Assembly: GCA_039794845.1 (NCBI GenBank)
Contig: JAUQVK010000101.1
Location: 33,225 to 97,224, forward strand
DNA: 64,000 nucleotides
From: Thermostichus sp. DRC_bins_24
GTDB taxonomy: Bacteria; Cyanobacteriota; Cyanobacteriia; Thermostichales; Thermostichaceae
Reading direction: 5' to 3'
In this document: positions 62,964 to 64,000 of the stretch, one piece after another
Layout of the letters: every line of letters starts with the position of its first letter
How positions within the stretch are numbered: position 1 is the first letter of the stretch
Translations under genes and position numbers: made by a program
The notes under the pieces: model-generated
The model's input: the letters and a program-made list of their open reading frames with translations, nothing else
What the model was told of the DNA's origin: nothing
Database searches by the model: none

Positions 62964-64000
62964 ATGAATGTTCATTTTCAAGAGGGTGTGGTTCTGGCCG
63001 GCCCAGAGCTAGCTCCCCATCGTTGCTCCCATTTTGCGGTGGAACAAGACACAATTACCCGCATGGAATTGGGGGATCCCATCCTCAGCCTGGAACAGGG
63101 ATCCTGGGTGATTTTACCGGCCTTCACCAATAGCCACACCCACATGGGGGATAGCTGCTTGCCAGATGGGGCAACGGGCATGACCTTAGAAGAAGGGTTT
63201 TTCCGGCCCAATGGCTACAAATATCGAGAATTGGCCAAACAATCCCGTCAGCAACACCTAGAGCACATCACCGCCCACCTGCACTACATGGCGGCAACGG
63301 GCACCATCCGGCACATCGATTTTCGAGAACAAGGGGTTTATGGCTGCCAACTGTTGCGGGAGGCGGCAGCCCAGACCGGGATCCACTCGGTAATCTTGGG
63401 CCAGTTTGAGAGCCTCCCTTTTGATGATGCGCAATTGCGGCAAAATCGGGATCCCTTGAGCCCGCAAGCCCATCAAGAACTGCAGGACATCCTGGCGGTG
63501 GCGGATGGGTTTTCCGAAAGCACCCTGAACGACCTCACGGAGCCCGCCTGGAGACAAATTCACCACCTCACTGAACACATGGGCAAACTGCGGGCCATTC
63601 ATTGTCTGGAAAATGAGGGCTATCGAGAGGTGAGCCTGGCCATTAGCGGACGGGGGGACTTGGAGCGGGCTCTCGATTTCTATCATCCCCACTTGGTGAT
63701 TCACGCTACAGTCGCCAATGCAGCCGAAATTCAGTTGCTCTCCCAGCATCGGGTCAATGTGGCCCTCAACCCGCGGGCCAATGCCAACTTGGGCCTGCCC
63801 TTACCCCCGATTGCCCCCCTCCTGGAGAGTGAAGCCAACCTGCTGCTCGGCACCGACAATGGCCTTTTGAATAGCCCGAACCTGCTGCCAGAACTGGACT
63901 TTACCTACAAAGTTGCCAAAAGCCAATTTGCCGATGCGCTGCGCCCCGATCCTACCGAGATTTTGAAAATGGTGACCAGTAACATCCGACATTTGCGGCC
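62964..64000 (+). CDS. metal-dependent amidohydrolase (partial; runs off the window)
   Basis: Manual translation gives MNVHFQEGVVLAGPEL...LPAFTNSHTHMGD...AIHCLE...IHAT...NPRAN...LGTDN. Confidence 0.82.
   Translation, partial: MNVHFQEGVVLAGPELAPHRCSHFAVEQDTITRMELGDPILSLEQGSWVILPAFTNSHTHMGDSCLPDGATGMTLEEGFFRPNGYKYRELAKQSRQQHLEHITAHLHYMAATGTIRHIDFREQGVYGCQLLREAAAQTGIHSVILGQFESLPFDDAQLRQNRDPLSPQAHQELQDILAVADGFSESTLNDLTEPAWRQIHHLTEHMGKLRAIHCLENEGYREVSLAISGRGDLERALDFYHPHLVIHATVANAAEIQLLSQHRVNVALNPRANANLGLPLPPIAPLLESEANLLLGTDNGLLNSPNLLPELDFTYKVAKSQFADALRPDPTEILKMVTSNIRHLR

Overview
A gene-dense chromosomal window from a cyanobacterium. It is most likely a thermophilic Thermostichus (Synechococcus JA-type) strain, inferred from the very frequent palindrome GGGATCCC and the beta-carboxysome, NdhO and NtcA-type content. 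Core genes: pds (partial), uvrC, a multi-PAS/GAF histidine kinase, nadE, ndhO, ftsQ, ccmK2-K1-L-M-N-O, serS, ilvC, purB-pyrB, Pho-box-led pstSCAB, dapA, rnj, purD, the NtcA/NtcB-led nirA-nrtABCD-narB-narM operon, and a BMP-type ABC transporter/formamidase locus divergent from an amidohydrolase. Accessory elements sit between these genes: a solo tnpB IS200/IS605 element with intact RuvC residues, three type II toxin-antitoxin modules, two Uma2 genes and two small TACAGC-ended MITE-like elements. The most interesting feature is a ~2.45 kb AT-richer islet with no integrase (38767-41215). It encodes a lipoprotein with a C-terminal AHH nuclease plus an Imm11-like immunity gene, and it is bracketed by a 127-bp duplication of the 3' end of the neighbouring HD-domain gene. 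A second toxin islet (31367-32138) shows the same gene-3'-end duplication. No rRNA, tRNA or CRISPR array was recognised.
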